Below, in pieces: positions 40,189 through 49,433 of a DNA stretch of 64,000 nt. Made by a program: the position numbers and the translations under genes. The stretch is taken from assembly GCA_045863335.1 (NCBI GenBank), contig BTVY01000035.1, positions 1-64,000 on the forward strand, given 5' to 3'. The notes beneath the pieces were generated by a model. That model made no database searches. It worked only from the letters and a program-made list of their open reading frames with translations, and was not told the DNA's origin. Position 1 is the stretch's first letter, and each line of letters begins with the position of its first letter. Source of the DNA: Candidatus Hydrogenedentota bacterium. Lineage in GTDB: Bacteria; Hydrogenedentota; Hydrogenedentia; Hydrogenedentales; SLHB01.

Positions 40189-42696
40189 TCACAGCTCGCG
40201 CCATTGAAGAACGGTCAGCGAATGACGCGGCAGTTCCAGGTTGGCGAGAGTGTCCAACGCATCTCGCGATAGTGGTTCAATACGGACCTGCTCCGAATCT
40301 TCGTTGTCGTCGCTCAAAGTCGATGGGGCAATCCGATGGCCTTCGAATTCGCTCGCACTTTCGGGAAGCTGCAGGCTTACCTCGATCGCGTTTTCCAGGT
40401 CCAGGTTGAACAGGACGACACCGCCGGCCTCTCCGTCGCGGAACGCAAAGGACTGAACCAGCGGGACCGGGGTCTCCTCTTCGACCCCGTTGATCGGCCG
40501 CTGCACGCGCACGGGTATCCCGCCTTGGCGGGTCTCGAGGAGGTCTCCCCCCACCACTCGATTGACCAGTTCCAGTCCCAGCCAGGTGGGGCGCTTACGG
40601 CCCGTCGCCGCAATATCGCGCAACAACCCCCAAAGACGAACGTAGTTCTTGCCGCCCATGTCGAACGAGTATTGGAGTGTCGTGAACGCACATTGATCGC
40701 GCGCGGCAAAATCCCGCAAGTACACCAGCATGTACAGTGGCAGCGCGAGAGCCCCATCCGCGCCGGACACAAAATCGTTGCGCACGTCAGAAGGGATATC
40801 GCCTCCAGTCGTATGGAAATTGATTTCGTATATGGCCATCGCGGTGTCGCGGCCACCGGCACGCAAGTAGCCCATGGACTCTTTCAACTTGCCCGGAGAC
40901 AAGGGCCGGGCGAAAAGCGGCCCGTAGCGATCGATCGCGGAACCGTATTCACCCAGTTCCCCAAAGTAGGGTGCCAAGGCCACGGAATGGTGCGCGTTGC
41001 TGGTGCGCTGAATCTCCTGCTGCCGGCCGGGAAAGTAGTATTGGCCGCCGATAATAAGGTCGAATGTACCATGCGCGAAGTCCGGACTCTTCTGCATCGC
41101 CGCAAAGCGGTCCCCTGCGATGGTTCCCAACCGATCACCGCCCAACGCCGACGCGCCGAAAAAGGGATCGCCCCCCGAAGCGGCCCCCCACATTTCGTTG
41201 CCGAACTCGAGATGGATCTCGTTGAAGACCTCCCCCCACGGCTCTTCCTGTCCAAGGGCGCGGCGCCGATCCGCATAAGGATGGGCGCCATCGGCGGGCG
41301 CAGCGAGATACTCGATGAGTCCCAGGCAATCCTCCTCCGAAAAGGTCGGTGGGATCACATACCACGGCTCCGCATCGACGAGCGCACACAATTCAAGAAA
41401 CTCGTGCAGAGAAAAACAAAAGGTATTCGGCGCCCGGAACCGCGGACTGAACCCGACCTCCTTGCGCGCCCAGGGTTCGGCGAGTTGGTTGTCCAGCGTA
41501 TCGCCAAGTTGTGTACTCCAGTTACGAAGGACGCCTGGACGCAATTCTTTGTAAGCATCCACCAGGGCATCTGCGAATACCGTAGGGTTCGTGCCATCAG
41601 TCCGATGCAGCGACGCGTCGTCAACCCACGCGCCGCCCTCTTCCACGGCGATCCCCAGCGTGAGAATCGGATGCGAAGCCCTCTCGGGATAGGGGCCGGA
41701 CGTGTCTTGCCCCGCGGCGTCGAAGGAAAACGTGTACTCCTTCCACTCCGTACTCAGCGGAACGGCTTCGTCAATGAAGACGGCTTCCCCATCCCGCTGG
41801 AAACGCACGCGAAGCCTGCTGCCGCTCGCCTCGCCCTTTGCCCAGAAGGAGAGCCTCCAGGGCCCCTCGATAAGCAAAAGCTTGCCCGCACTCGTATCGC
41901 CGTCGCGCCAGTAACTATCCAGGTAAAGGTGCCAGCGGCCGGAGGAATCGAGACGCAACGACTGCGTACCCGGACTCCCGGGCCGCACCTCGCCCACGTC
42001 CACCGTCGACGTATTCATGAACGAGCCGGTAGCGACGCCGGGCAATTCCTGGCGCACAATGAATGCGTCGTACTCCTGCGGCGCGGTACCCGATTCTTCG
42101 AGGTAGAAGACGTTCTTGCCCTCTTCGTGGGTGAATCGTTTCACGGTGCCGGACCGTCCCTTCGCGGGGCCGAAGACAATCTCGTAGTCCGCGCGGTTCC
42201 AAAAGCCTTCGGGCTGCCCGATGCCATACTCCTCGTGATTCCACGCGACATCCCAGAATGCTTGCGGCAGCCGGTCTCCGGTCGCGCCTTTTTCCACGTG
42301 CAGCATGCTGCCGTACAGTCCCGGCTCAAAACCGGGGTTCGGGATGATGTTCTTGATGATCTGCGCGGCGCCGTACTGCGTGCGGCCGCCGAGATTGATC
42401 CCGAAGCGTTTGACGCCCGGGACGAGCACCTTATCCGTCACGATTACCGTTGGCGGACCGTCGCCGGGCGTGATTGTGGCCGATTCCTGAGCCGCGGCTT
42501 CACGTCGCGGCTCGGGTGCATCGGATACCGGTGATTCGGCGGCCAGCGGGGTGGGCTGAACCAAAGGTGCTTCGACTGCGGCAACGAGCGCGTCTTTCGC
42601 CGGTGAATCGCCGCGGCCGTAGATCAACGCGAATCCGCCTGCAAGTACAAGGGAACCCGCGAAACAGATAACGACGACCATTCGTTCTGTGGTCAT
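40189..42696 (-). CDS. membrane-anchored clan GH-A hydrolase (GH51-like) with CBM-like domain
   Basis: N-terminal TM, NPGFE, LHEFLELC, LEFGNEMWG, IYEIN; C-terminal beta-sandwich (LPRHSLTVL). Confidence 0.7.
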   Translation of the reverse strand: MTTERMVVVICFAGSLVLAGGFALIYGRGDSPAKDALVAAVEAPLVQPTPLAAESPVSDAPEPRREAAAQESATITPGDGPPTVIVTDKVLVPGVKRFGINLGGRTQYGAAQIIKNIIPNPGFEPGLYGSMLHVEKGATGDRLPQAFWDVAWNHEEYGIGQPEGFWNRADYEIVFGPAKGRSGTVKRFTHEEGKNVFYLEESGTAPQEYDAFIVRQELPGVATGSFMNTSTVDVGEVRPGSPGTQSLRLDSSGRWHLYLDSYWRDGDTSAGKLLLIEGPWRLSFWAKGEASGSRLRVRFQRDGEAVFIDEAVPLSTEWKEYTFSFDAAGQDTSGPYPERASHPILTLGIAVEEGGAWVDDASLHRTDGTNPTVFADALVDAYKELRPGVLRNWSTQLGDTLDNQLAEPWARKEVGFSPRFRAPNTFCFSLHEFLELCALVDAEPWYVIPPTFSEEDCLGLIEYLAAPADGAHPYADRRRALGQEEPWGEVFNEIHLEFGNEMWGAASGGDPFFGASALGGDRLGTIAGDRFAAMQKSPDFAHGTFDLIIGGQYYFPGRQQEIQRTSNAHHSVALAPYFGELGEYGSAIDRYGPLFARPLSPGKLKESMGYLRAGGRDTAMAIYEINFHTTGGDIPSDVRNDFVSGADGALALPLYMLVYLRDFAARDQCAFTTLQYSFDMGGKNYVRLWGLLRDIAATGRKRPTWLGLELVNRVVGGDLLETRQGGIPVRVQRPINGVEEETPVPLVQSFAFRDGEAGGVVLFNLDLENAIEVSLQLPESASEFEGHRIAPSTLSDDNEDSEQVRIEPLSRDALDTLANLELPRHSLTVLQWREL

Positions 42697-42832
42697 ATTC
42701 AAGCCAGCCTTCCGTATTACCGAGCGGCCAGTATATCACTGACCGATGCAATCCGATATCGCGCAATGACATGGATCTCCGTATAATCTCCCGAACGACG
42801 GGAGGCGAAATGAAACAGGGCAGACGAATGCC

Positions 42833-43516
42833 ATGAAGCTGTCGGTAGTCATTCCGGTTTACAACGAAGCGGACACGATAACCGAAGTGATCCGGCGCGT
42901 GCGCGACACCCCCTACGACGTCGAGGTTATCGTCGTGGACGACGGCTCAACCGACGGAACACCGGATCGGTTGCTGGCTTTAGCGGACGCAGACGACCTA
43001 TGCCTTCTACGCCACGATACGAACCTGGGTAAAGGGGCCGCGCTGCGGACGGGGTTCGCGCGCGTGACGGGCGACGTCGTCGTCATTCAGGATGCGGACC
43101 TGGAGTACGATCCACGGGATTACGGAAAGCTCCTGGAGCCTATCCTCGACGGGCGGGCAGACGTGGTCTACGGGTCCCGGTTCCTCGGGGGGCCGCACCG
43201 GGTGTTGTTCTTTTGGCACTCCGTCGGGAACAAGTTTCTCACCTTGATTTCAAATGCGGTGACGAATCTGAACCTCACGGATATGGAGACGTGCTACAAG
43301 GCTTTTCGCGCGGACGTGCTCAAGGACGTTCAGATCCGATCGAACCGGTTTGGAGTCGAGCCGGAATTCACGGCGAAGGTGGCGAAGCGCGGCCTGCGCA
43401 TTTACGAGGTGCCCATCAGCTATAGCGGCCGGAACTACGCCGAGGGGAAAAAGATCACGTGGCGCGACGGAGTGGCGGCATTATTTACGATTCTGCGCTT
43501 TCGTCTATTCGAATAA
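42833..43516 (+). CDS. GT2 glycosyltransferase (polyprenol-phosphate glycosyltransferase-like)
   Basis: [46 protein letters not shown]. Confidence 0.93.
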   Translation: MKLSVVIPVYNEADTITEVIRRVRDTPYDVEVIVVDDGSTDGTPDRLLALADADDLCLLRHDTNLGKGAALRTGFARVTGDVVVIQDADLEYDPRDYGKLLEPILDGRADVVYGSRFLGGPHRVLFFWHSVGNKFLTLISNAVTNLNLTDMETCYKAFRADVLKDVQIRSNRFGVEPEFTAKVAKRGLRIYEVPISYSGRNYAEGKKITWRDGVAALFTILRFRLFE

Positions 43517-43668
43517 TTGGGCGTTTCACAGACAAGCGCGGACCGATACGGACACACGCTGCAATCTGCGGACGATATGGTCAAAGGCCGCTGCAGTTGT
43601 GCTAGAATGAGCGGGTGCGGGTGATTCTGTGCCCTGGATGACATGCAACGCATCGAGCAGGGATCGTG

Positions 43669-44724
43669 ATGGACATCGAAAGCTCCGAGAATAGCAGCAC
43701 CTCGCCAAGTTCCGCGAGCGCCCCGCAATCCTTCGACAAGGAAGCGCTCAAGAAAGTTACGGCCGGATTTAAGCCGGGCGAGGTCATTGCCGAACGCTAC
43801 GAAGTCCAAAAGTTGCTCGGCCGGGGCGGCATGGGCATGGTTTACCTATGTTGGGACCGGGAGATGGAACAGCCGGTCGCGCTGAAGACCCTCCTTCCCC
43901 AATACCTCTCCAGCAGCCACGCCGTGAAGCGTTTCGTGCGCGAAGTCAAGGCCGCGCGCCAGCTCAACCACCCCTGTATCGTCAAGGTCTACGATGCGCG
44001 CCAAATCGGGCCGCTCCTCTTCTACACCATGGAATATGTGGACGGGATCAGCCTCTTCAAGTGGATCCGCAAAAAAGGGAAGTTGGGGCTTGGTTCGACC
44101 GTGCGCATTCTCAGTTTGCTGTGTCACGCGCTGGAGCACGCCCATCAATTCACTGTCCACCGCGACATCAGCCCCGACAATGTGATGGTGCTGAAGAACG
44201 GACAGGTGAAACTGTTGGACTTCGGGCTCGCGAAACTGACGAACGTGCAGTCCGCGTTCACGATGATCGGCGTGAGCTTGGGTAAACAGGATTACATGGC
44301 GCCGGAGCAGCGGCTGAGCGCCGCGGGTGTCGATCACCGGGCGGACATCTATTCCTTGGGTGTGATGTTCTACCAGTTGATCACGGGAGAACTCCCGCGC
44401 GCGGGGACTACGCTGACCCGCCTGTGCCCGGATCTTCCGCGGGAAGCCGATGAGTTTGTAGAGAAAGCCATGGCCCAATCGGCCGATGAACGCTTTCAGA
44501 GCGCGAAAGAATACCGGCTGGCTCTGGCGCACCTGTACAAGGTCTGCACAGGCGTCGTCATCCCGGGCACGGACGACGGCGACATCACGAAGATTCAGTT
44601 CGCGGAGGACACCCCGCCGCCGGTCGACACCGACCACTCCGGCACCGCCCAAGCAACTTCCGGTTCCTTCCTGGCGCGGATACGAACGACGTTGGGAAAG
44701 TTCTTGCCGTTCCTGAAGCCGTAG
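43669..44724 (+). CDS. Hanks-type Ser/Thr protein kinase (no TM)
   Basis: LGRGGMG, VALK, HRDISPDN, DFGLA, YMAPEQ, DIYSLG. Confidence 0.93.
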   Translation: MDIESSENSSTSPSSASAPQSFDKEALKKVTAGFKPGEVIAERYEVQKLLGRGGMGMVYLCWDREMEQPVALKTLLPQYLSSSHAVKRFVREVKAARQLNHPCIVKVYDARQIGPLLFYTMEYVDGISLFKWIRKKGKLGLGSTVRILSLLCHALEHAHQFTVHRDISPDNVMVLKNGQVKLLDFGLAKLTNVQSAFTMIGVSLGKQDYMAPEQRLSAAGVDHRADIYSLGVMFYQLITGELPRAGTTLTRLCPDLPREADEFVEKAMAQSADERFQSAKEYRLALAHLYKVCTGVVIPGTDDGDITKIQFAEDTPPPVDTDHSGTAQATSGSFLARIRTTLGKFLPFLKP

Positions 44725-44726
44725 CC

Positions 44727-45482
44727 CTAACTGCCTTCCAAATAACGGGTCCCTTGCCGCGTTCTCTCCTTCGGCATGCGTTTCTTCTCCGGAGCCTTCT
44801 CCGTCTCGACCGCCACCGACAAATCATCGAACGCCGCGGTCGTGTCCGCAGCCGTCCAGAATCCAACGCCGCCTTCGCGGCTGATCGTGTCGTCCTTCAC
44901 GGAGAGCAGTTCTTTACCGTTCAACGCGCACGTGATGCGTTCGCCGGACTGCTGCACCGTCAACGCGTGCCACGTTTCGGGTTCGATCGCAACAGTCGTC
45001 GAAGCCAACTCCTTCGCACGGCCGTCGCTGACGACCCAAACGCGCAGACTCCGAACGGCAGGGTGCAGGTAACAAACGTAGTAGTCATTCCGATCCTGAA
45101 TCCGCCACGCCACTCCCGCACCCGGGTCGAGCGTCCCACCGGTGATCTTGAATCGCGTCGAGGCCGTGCCATCGAAGTAGTTCGCGGCCGGGGTCCAGCA
45201 TAGATTGAATGTCGATGCCGACTGGTGGTTGGACGCCGTCAGCGCAAGCGCGTTGGCGCCCGAAGGCGCTCCCGGTTCCCCTGTGACTGCCCACGTCGCG
45301 AACGGACCCTCCTGCGCGGTGCCGTCGATGCGCCATCCCGAAGGGAGTTCGCCTGACGCCGCCGAATCGAAGTGCCACGTGGGCCCTTCGTCGTCATTGG
45401 CCGTTTCCGCGAATCCATGATCCCCCGCGAGCAGCATGAAACTCACGCCCACCGCGAGGACACACCACCTGATCGCTGTCAT
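44727..45482 (-). CDS. secreted ConA/LamG-like beta-sandwich protein (3-keto-disaccharide hydrolase-like)
   Basis: Signal peptide MTAIRWCVLAVG, GVAWRIQD..DYY, WH.L.V, GGVGFWT...AFDD. Confidence 0.7.
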   Translation of the reverse strand: MTAIRWCVLAVGVSFMLLAGDHGFAETANDDEGPTWHFDSAASGELPSGWRIDGTAQEGPFATWAVTGEPGAPSGANALALTASNHQSASTFNLCWTPAANYFDGTASTRFKITGGTLDPGAGVAWRIQDRNDYYVCYLHPAVRSLRVWVVSDGRAKELASTTVAIEPETWHALTVQQSGERITCALNGKELLSVKDDTISREGGVGFWTAADTTAAFDDLSVAVETEKAPEKKRMPKERTRQGTRYLEGS

Positions 45483-45538
45483 CAAAAACCTCCAGAACCT
45501 TCTTGCAAAGGATGGGTAGACCGTGCCCCATCTTCGCA

Positions 45539-46753
45539 TCAAAGCGACTGTATCCACAACCAGGCCGCGGCAACGGCCAGCGTAGCCACGGTAACCGGGA
45601 GCCCCGTGCGGGCGTGCTCGACCCAGGTGATGCGGATACCGAGGCGTTGCGCCTGGTCGACCACGATGATGTTGGCAATGCTGCCGACGATAAACAGATT
45701 GCCCGCCAAGGTGCTCGACAGTGCGAGAATTGCGCCCGCGCTGGGATGGGTTGCCGACGGAATCAGCAGCATCGTGGCGGGTACGTTCGATACGAGATTG
45801 GACAGCACGGTCGAAACGATGAAGAGCGTTACGGGCTGTTCGGCATCGATGTGAATTCGGCGAAGCCCTTCCATGACCTGGCCGAGGACGCCGGAGGTGT
45901 CCAGCACGTGATTCACGATGAACAGTCCACCGAAGAGCACCAAAAGATGCCAATCCACAAGGCCGAGAATCTCGCGGGATTCCATGCGCCGGCTCATCAG
46001 CAAGATACCGGCGGCGCTAAGGGCGGCCACTTCCCGCGGGATGCCGGTGAACAGAAAGACGACCATGAGCACGGCAATCACGACTATGCCTTTGCTGCTT
46101 TGCCAGACATTGAGTTGCGGCGCGTCAATATGGGGTACGCTGTGGTCGCCCGTCCACCGTGTGCGGTAGAGAATGCAAATCACAACCCAAACAACTGCCA
46201 GCCCGATCACGCTTGGAACCGATGCATCGATCAGGTAGCCCGTGAAGGACAGGTCCAGTGCCTGGCCGATGAGCATGTTCTGCGGGTTGCCGATCAGGGT
46301 TGCCGCGGAACCGACATTGGCCGCGCAGGCCAGCGCGAGCAGAAAGGGGACCGGGTTGAGCCGCCGCCGGGCGCAGCCTTCCACGAGCACGGGCGCCATG
46401 GCCAAACAGACGATGTCGTTGGCGAGCACGGCCGAGAGAACGCCGCTTACCGCAATGAGGAGCGCAAGCAAGACGCCAGGCGACACGTCGGCATTAGCAA
46501 GTTTGCGTGTTACAAAGGAGTAGAACCCGCCCAGGCGGAACTGGGCCGAAACCACCATGAGTCCAAGCAGAAGCAGTATCGTCGGTTCGTCGACGGCGTC
46601 CCAAGCCTCCTGTGGTCCGATCTTCCCCAGCACGAGAAAAGCGATCGCGCCAAGCAATGCAATGCCGGTACGGTCGAGCGCAAGGCCGGGATAGCGGCCA
46701 AAGACCATACCCAGGTAAACAAGAATGAAGATGACGAGTACGGCGGTGTCCAT
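45539..46753 (-). CDS. ArsB/NhaD-superfamily anion transporter (YbiR-like)
   Basis: DRTGIALLGA, LANDIVCL, ANVGSAATLIGNPQN, SNLVSNVPA, STLAGN...GSIANIIV. Confidence 0.9.
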   Translation of the reverse strand: MDTAVLVIFILVYLGMVFGRYPGLALDRTGIALLGAIAFLVLGKIGPQEAWDAVDEPTILLLLGLMVVSAQFRLGGFYSFVTRKLANADVSPGVLLALLIAVSGVLSAVLANDIVCLAMAPVLVEGCARRRLNPVPFLLALACAANVGSAATLIGNPQNMLIGQALDLSFTGYLIDASVPSVIGLAVVWVVICILYRTRWTGDHSVPHIDAPQLNVWQSSKGIVVIAVLMVVFLFTGIPREVAALSAAGILLMSRRMESREILGLVDWHLLVLFGGLFIVNHVLDTSGVLGQVMEGLRRIHIDAEQPVTLFIVSTVLSNLVSNVPATMLLIPSATHPSAGAILALSSTLAGNLFIVGSIANIIVVDQAQRLGIRITWVEHARTGLPVTVATLAVAAAWLWIQSL

Positions 46754-46798
46754 GGCGCGCAAGTATACGCCCGCGCGCCATGGACATCACAGATGACG

Positions 46799-48709
46799 TT
46801 AGCGCAGGAACGGTCCAACCTGCTCATTGAAGTCGGAGATCGTCATTCGCTCCACGTGCCCGTCGAGAAAGAGCACGTTTCGCGTGGCCGGTTTGCCTCC
46901 GACTGCGGGGATGTCCTCGATGTTGTACATGAGCGGCACCATCGATTGGGCGCGTGCCCGCAGCGCCGGGTCGTTGAAATCCACTTCTCCTTGCGTTGCG
47001 AGATAGTCCACGGCCATGGCCTCGATATCTTCCTCGGTCATGGCTGGGAACAGGATTTCATAGGAGAGCATGCCGGCTTCGTGCCAGGGCGAGGTTAACA
47101 CGTTCGTATCGCTGAGGTACTCTGGATAGACCGTGCAGAATCCGGGCATCGTATATTCGCAATTCTCGTTTGCGAACATCTTGTTGACGAGGCCAAGCTG
47201 CTTGAGATTGTTCTGGTCGGAGGCGATCATTGCGGACCACTGCGCCGCGACGGCGGTCGCGTCAGTCGCCAGGACCTCGAATTCAGCCATCATGGACCGG
47301 CTGCCGGTATCGCCTTGCGCGCTCAACGTGACGATCTGATCGGGATCACGGTACGCAACTTCGATGAGATTGGGCACAAAGGGCGCGGGACCGCCCCATA
47401 ATTGTTGTAGTTCGGCCTCGTGCGCGAGCAAGGCCTGCCCCGGATCGGGCGAGTTCCTGCAACCTGGAATCCCGGGGAATGACCTAGTTTGCGGAAGGGC
47501 TTGGCCGGAGACGTAGGTAACCACGCGGTTGTCCCGGCTTGCGTACAAATCCGTGGACGCGGTGTAGTCCGGGATCAACAGCGAAAGGGCACTCGGGAAC
47601 TGGCCGTCGTGCGCCTCGGCGTAGGCTCGAAGCGGTCCATACATGGCGCTGACTTCATCAAGGCGCGCCTGCAACAGCGCGCGCGGATCCTGATTGGGAG
47701 AATTCTCGTCGATCCGGCTGAGCTTGACGGCGTAGGAATGGTTCTCGGGGTCCGGCAGGGTCATGTCGCTCGCGAGCGAAGCGGACAATTCCGGCGAGGT
47801 CAACACGACCTCGGTGAACGCGTTGTTGAAGGTCCCGCGTAGGGACCCCAGTTCCTCGCCGCTCGCTATCCGCGTGACGATCAGCGTGTTGCCGTCAAGA
47901 CGCGCTTCGCCAAAATCTTCCATATCGCCATCGGTGACTTGGACGACACCGCCGGTTTCCTCAAACGTCAACGTGTCGCCGTAATCCACCACCTTGTCGT
48001 CGACAAGCACCGCCAGTTGCCAACGGCCGTCGAGCCGCGGACGCGAGGCGATGACGCCGGGGCCTTTAGTGAGGACCTCAAGGTTGCCCCGATTGCTCAA
48101 GATGATCCGCGTTTGCTGCACGTCCTGCAGGATAACCTCGTCGAAGACGCTATCGCCCGGGCGATAGATATGCTGCTCGCCGGTATCGTTGTTCTTGAGA
48201 ACCGCCTGCGGGTCCCCCCCTAGCAGCGTGCCGGTGAGCGTCAGCGGAAGCGACGTTTCCGGGAGCGCGGCCGGCGGCGCCGCTACCGGGGTTCCGTCCA
48301 GCGTGGTGTCGTTCTGCGCGATGACTGTTTGGTCGAGGCCCTGGGAGTTGTCGCGATCGATGGCGACGATGGGCGCTTGGGACTCCGGCGGCCCGCTCAT
48401 CGGCGCGTTGAAATGGCGGAATGCTGCATACCCGGCAATGGCGGCCACCGCGATCATCGCGACCGCGATGGCGTAAGTTCGGAACTTTTGCGATGGTGTG
48501 CTTTCTGCTTCGCGAATGCGATCGATGACGGGACCGTGCAGTCCCATGGGGATGGCCTGTGTTAACAACATGGTTCGCACCCTTTCCAGGTCTTTCAACG
48601 TGGCGGCACAGTCCGGACACGCTCGCAGATGGGCCTCGACCGCGCGCCGTTCAGCGGCGGGAAGCTCCTGGTCCAGGTAGGCCGACAAGTTGGCGTCGTT
48701 ACAGTTCAT
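46799..48709 (-). CDS. zf-HC2 anti-sigma factor fused to GspC-like and pilin/DUF1559-like extracytoplasmic domains
   Basis: LSAYLDQEL...HLRACPDC, TM, LTLTGT...IYRPGD...ILSNRG.LEVL, QNNLKQLGL, NVLFLDGHVE; overlaps the ECF sigma stop. Confidence 0.8.
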   Translation of the reverse strand: MNCNDANLSAYLDQELPAAERRAVEAHLRACPDCAATLKDLERVRTMLLTQAIPMGLHGPVIDRIREAESTPSQKFRTYAIAVAMIAVAAIAGYAAFRHFNAPMSGPPESQAPIVAIDRDNSQGLDQTVIAQNDTTLDGTPVAAPPAALPETSLPLTLTGTLLGGDPQAVLKNNDTGEQHIYRPGDSVFDEVILQDVQQTRIILSNRGNLEVLTKGPGVIASRPRLDGRWQLAVLVDDKVVDYGDTLTFEETGGVVQVTDGDMEDFGEARLDGNTLIVTRIASGEELGSLRGTFNNAFTEVVLTSPELSASLASDMTLPDPENHSYAVKLSRIDENSPNQDPRALLQARLDEVSAMYGPLRAYAEAHDGQFPSALSLLIPDYTASTDLYASRDNRVVTYVSGQALPQTRSFPGIPGCRNSPDPGQALLAHEAELQQLWGGPAPFVPNLIEVAYRDPDQIVTLSAQGDTGSRSMMAEFEVLATDATAVAAQWSAMIASDQNNLKQLGLVNKMFANENCEYTMPGFCTVYPEYLSDTNVLTSPWHEAGMLSYEILFPAMTEEDIEAMAVDYLATQGEVDFNDPALRARAQSMVPLMYNIEDIPAVGGKPATRNVLFLDGHVERMTISDFNEQVGPFLR

Positions 48710-49280
48710 GTACGTTCTTTCCCAAATACTGTCCATCCCGATCGAGGAGGGTGGCGAGGCGTTTGCGGCCCCGGTGAATCCACACCTTGACCTCGTCCAG
48801 GGATGCGCCGAGCGTTTCGGCGATTTCGGCATACCGGAGATCGCCGAACTCGCGCAGCATCAGCGCGGAACGATGGTTGGCGGGCAAGTCCGCCAGCGCG
48901 CGATTCAACTGTTCGCGCAGCAGCGACGACTCGGTTGCGCCGTTGTGCTGTGCCAGGAACGAGTCTTCCAAGGGCACGGATGGCCTGGCGCGCCGGCGGT
49001 TGTCCGCAGCCAGGTTGTGGGCGATCGCAAACAGAAATGATCGCGTCGACCCGCCGGGGCGGAGCTTTCGGGCACGCATGGCCTGGTACAAGCGGAACAA
49101 CGACTCCTGCACGATGTCCTCGGCCTCATGGGAGTTCCGGACCATCCCATAGGCATACCCGTAGAGCGGCCCTTCCAGACGGGTGCACAGGAGTTCGAAC
49201 GCGTTCACGTCCCCGCTGCACACACGCTTGATAAGACCCGCCTCATCCAGACTCGTTGGCGACCCACCGTGCATGTTCAT
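48699..49280 (-). CDS. ECF sigma factor
   Basis: GD..AFE, AEDIVQE, FAIAHN, LP...R..L.LRE...L.Y.EIAE.LG....VK..IHRGR. Confidence 0.93.
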   Translation of the reverse strand: MNMHGGSPTSLDEAGLIKRVCSGDVNAFELLCTRLEGPLYGYAYGMVRNSHEAEDIVQESLFRLYQAMRARKLRPGGSTRSFLFAIAHNLAADNRRRARPSVPLEDSFLAQHNGATESSLLREQLNRALADLPANHRSALMLREFGDLRYAEIAETLGASLDEVKVWIHRGRKRLATLLDRDGQYLGKNVHEL

Positions 49281-49293
49281 CGTTCCGTCATTG

Positions 49294-49321
49294 TATACGC
49301 GGAATCGAATGAGAAGTTACA
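49294..49321 (-). promoter_or_regulatory. ECF-type autoregulatory promoter
   Basis: Minus strand TGTAAC-N16-CGTATA just upstream of the ECF gene (AAC/CGT motif as in SigW/SigX promoters). Confidence 0.75.
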
Positions 49322-49433
49322 GTGCGTGATGACCGTGCCGGAAGTTTGCGATCAGAAGCATAGCGGGCGTACGCATGCCGGACCCGAGGTCAGGTCGCGT
49401 TGCAGCGATTGGGATCATGTCAGGCATACGGCT

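Noticed and set aside
45483-45953. N-terminal 157 aa of ORF 44727-45953
   Set aside because: Overlaps the transporter gene in another frame; the signal peptide starts at 45482
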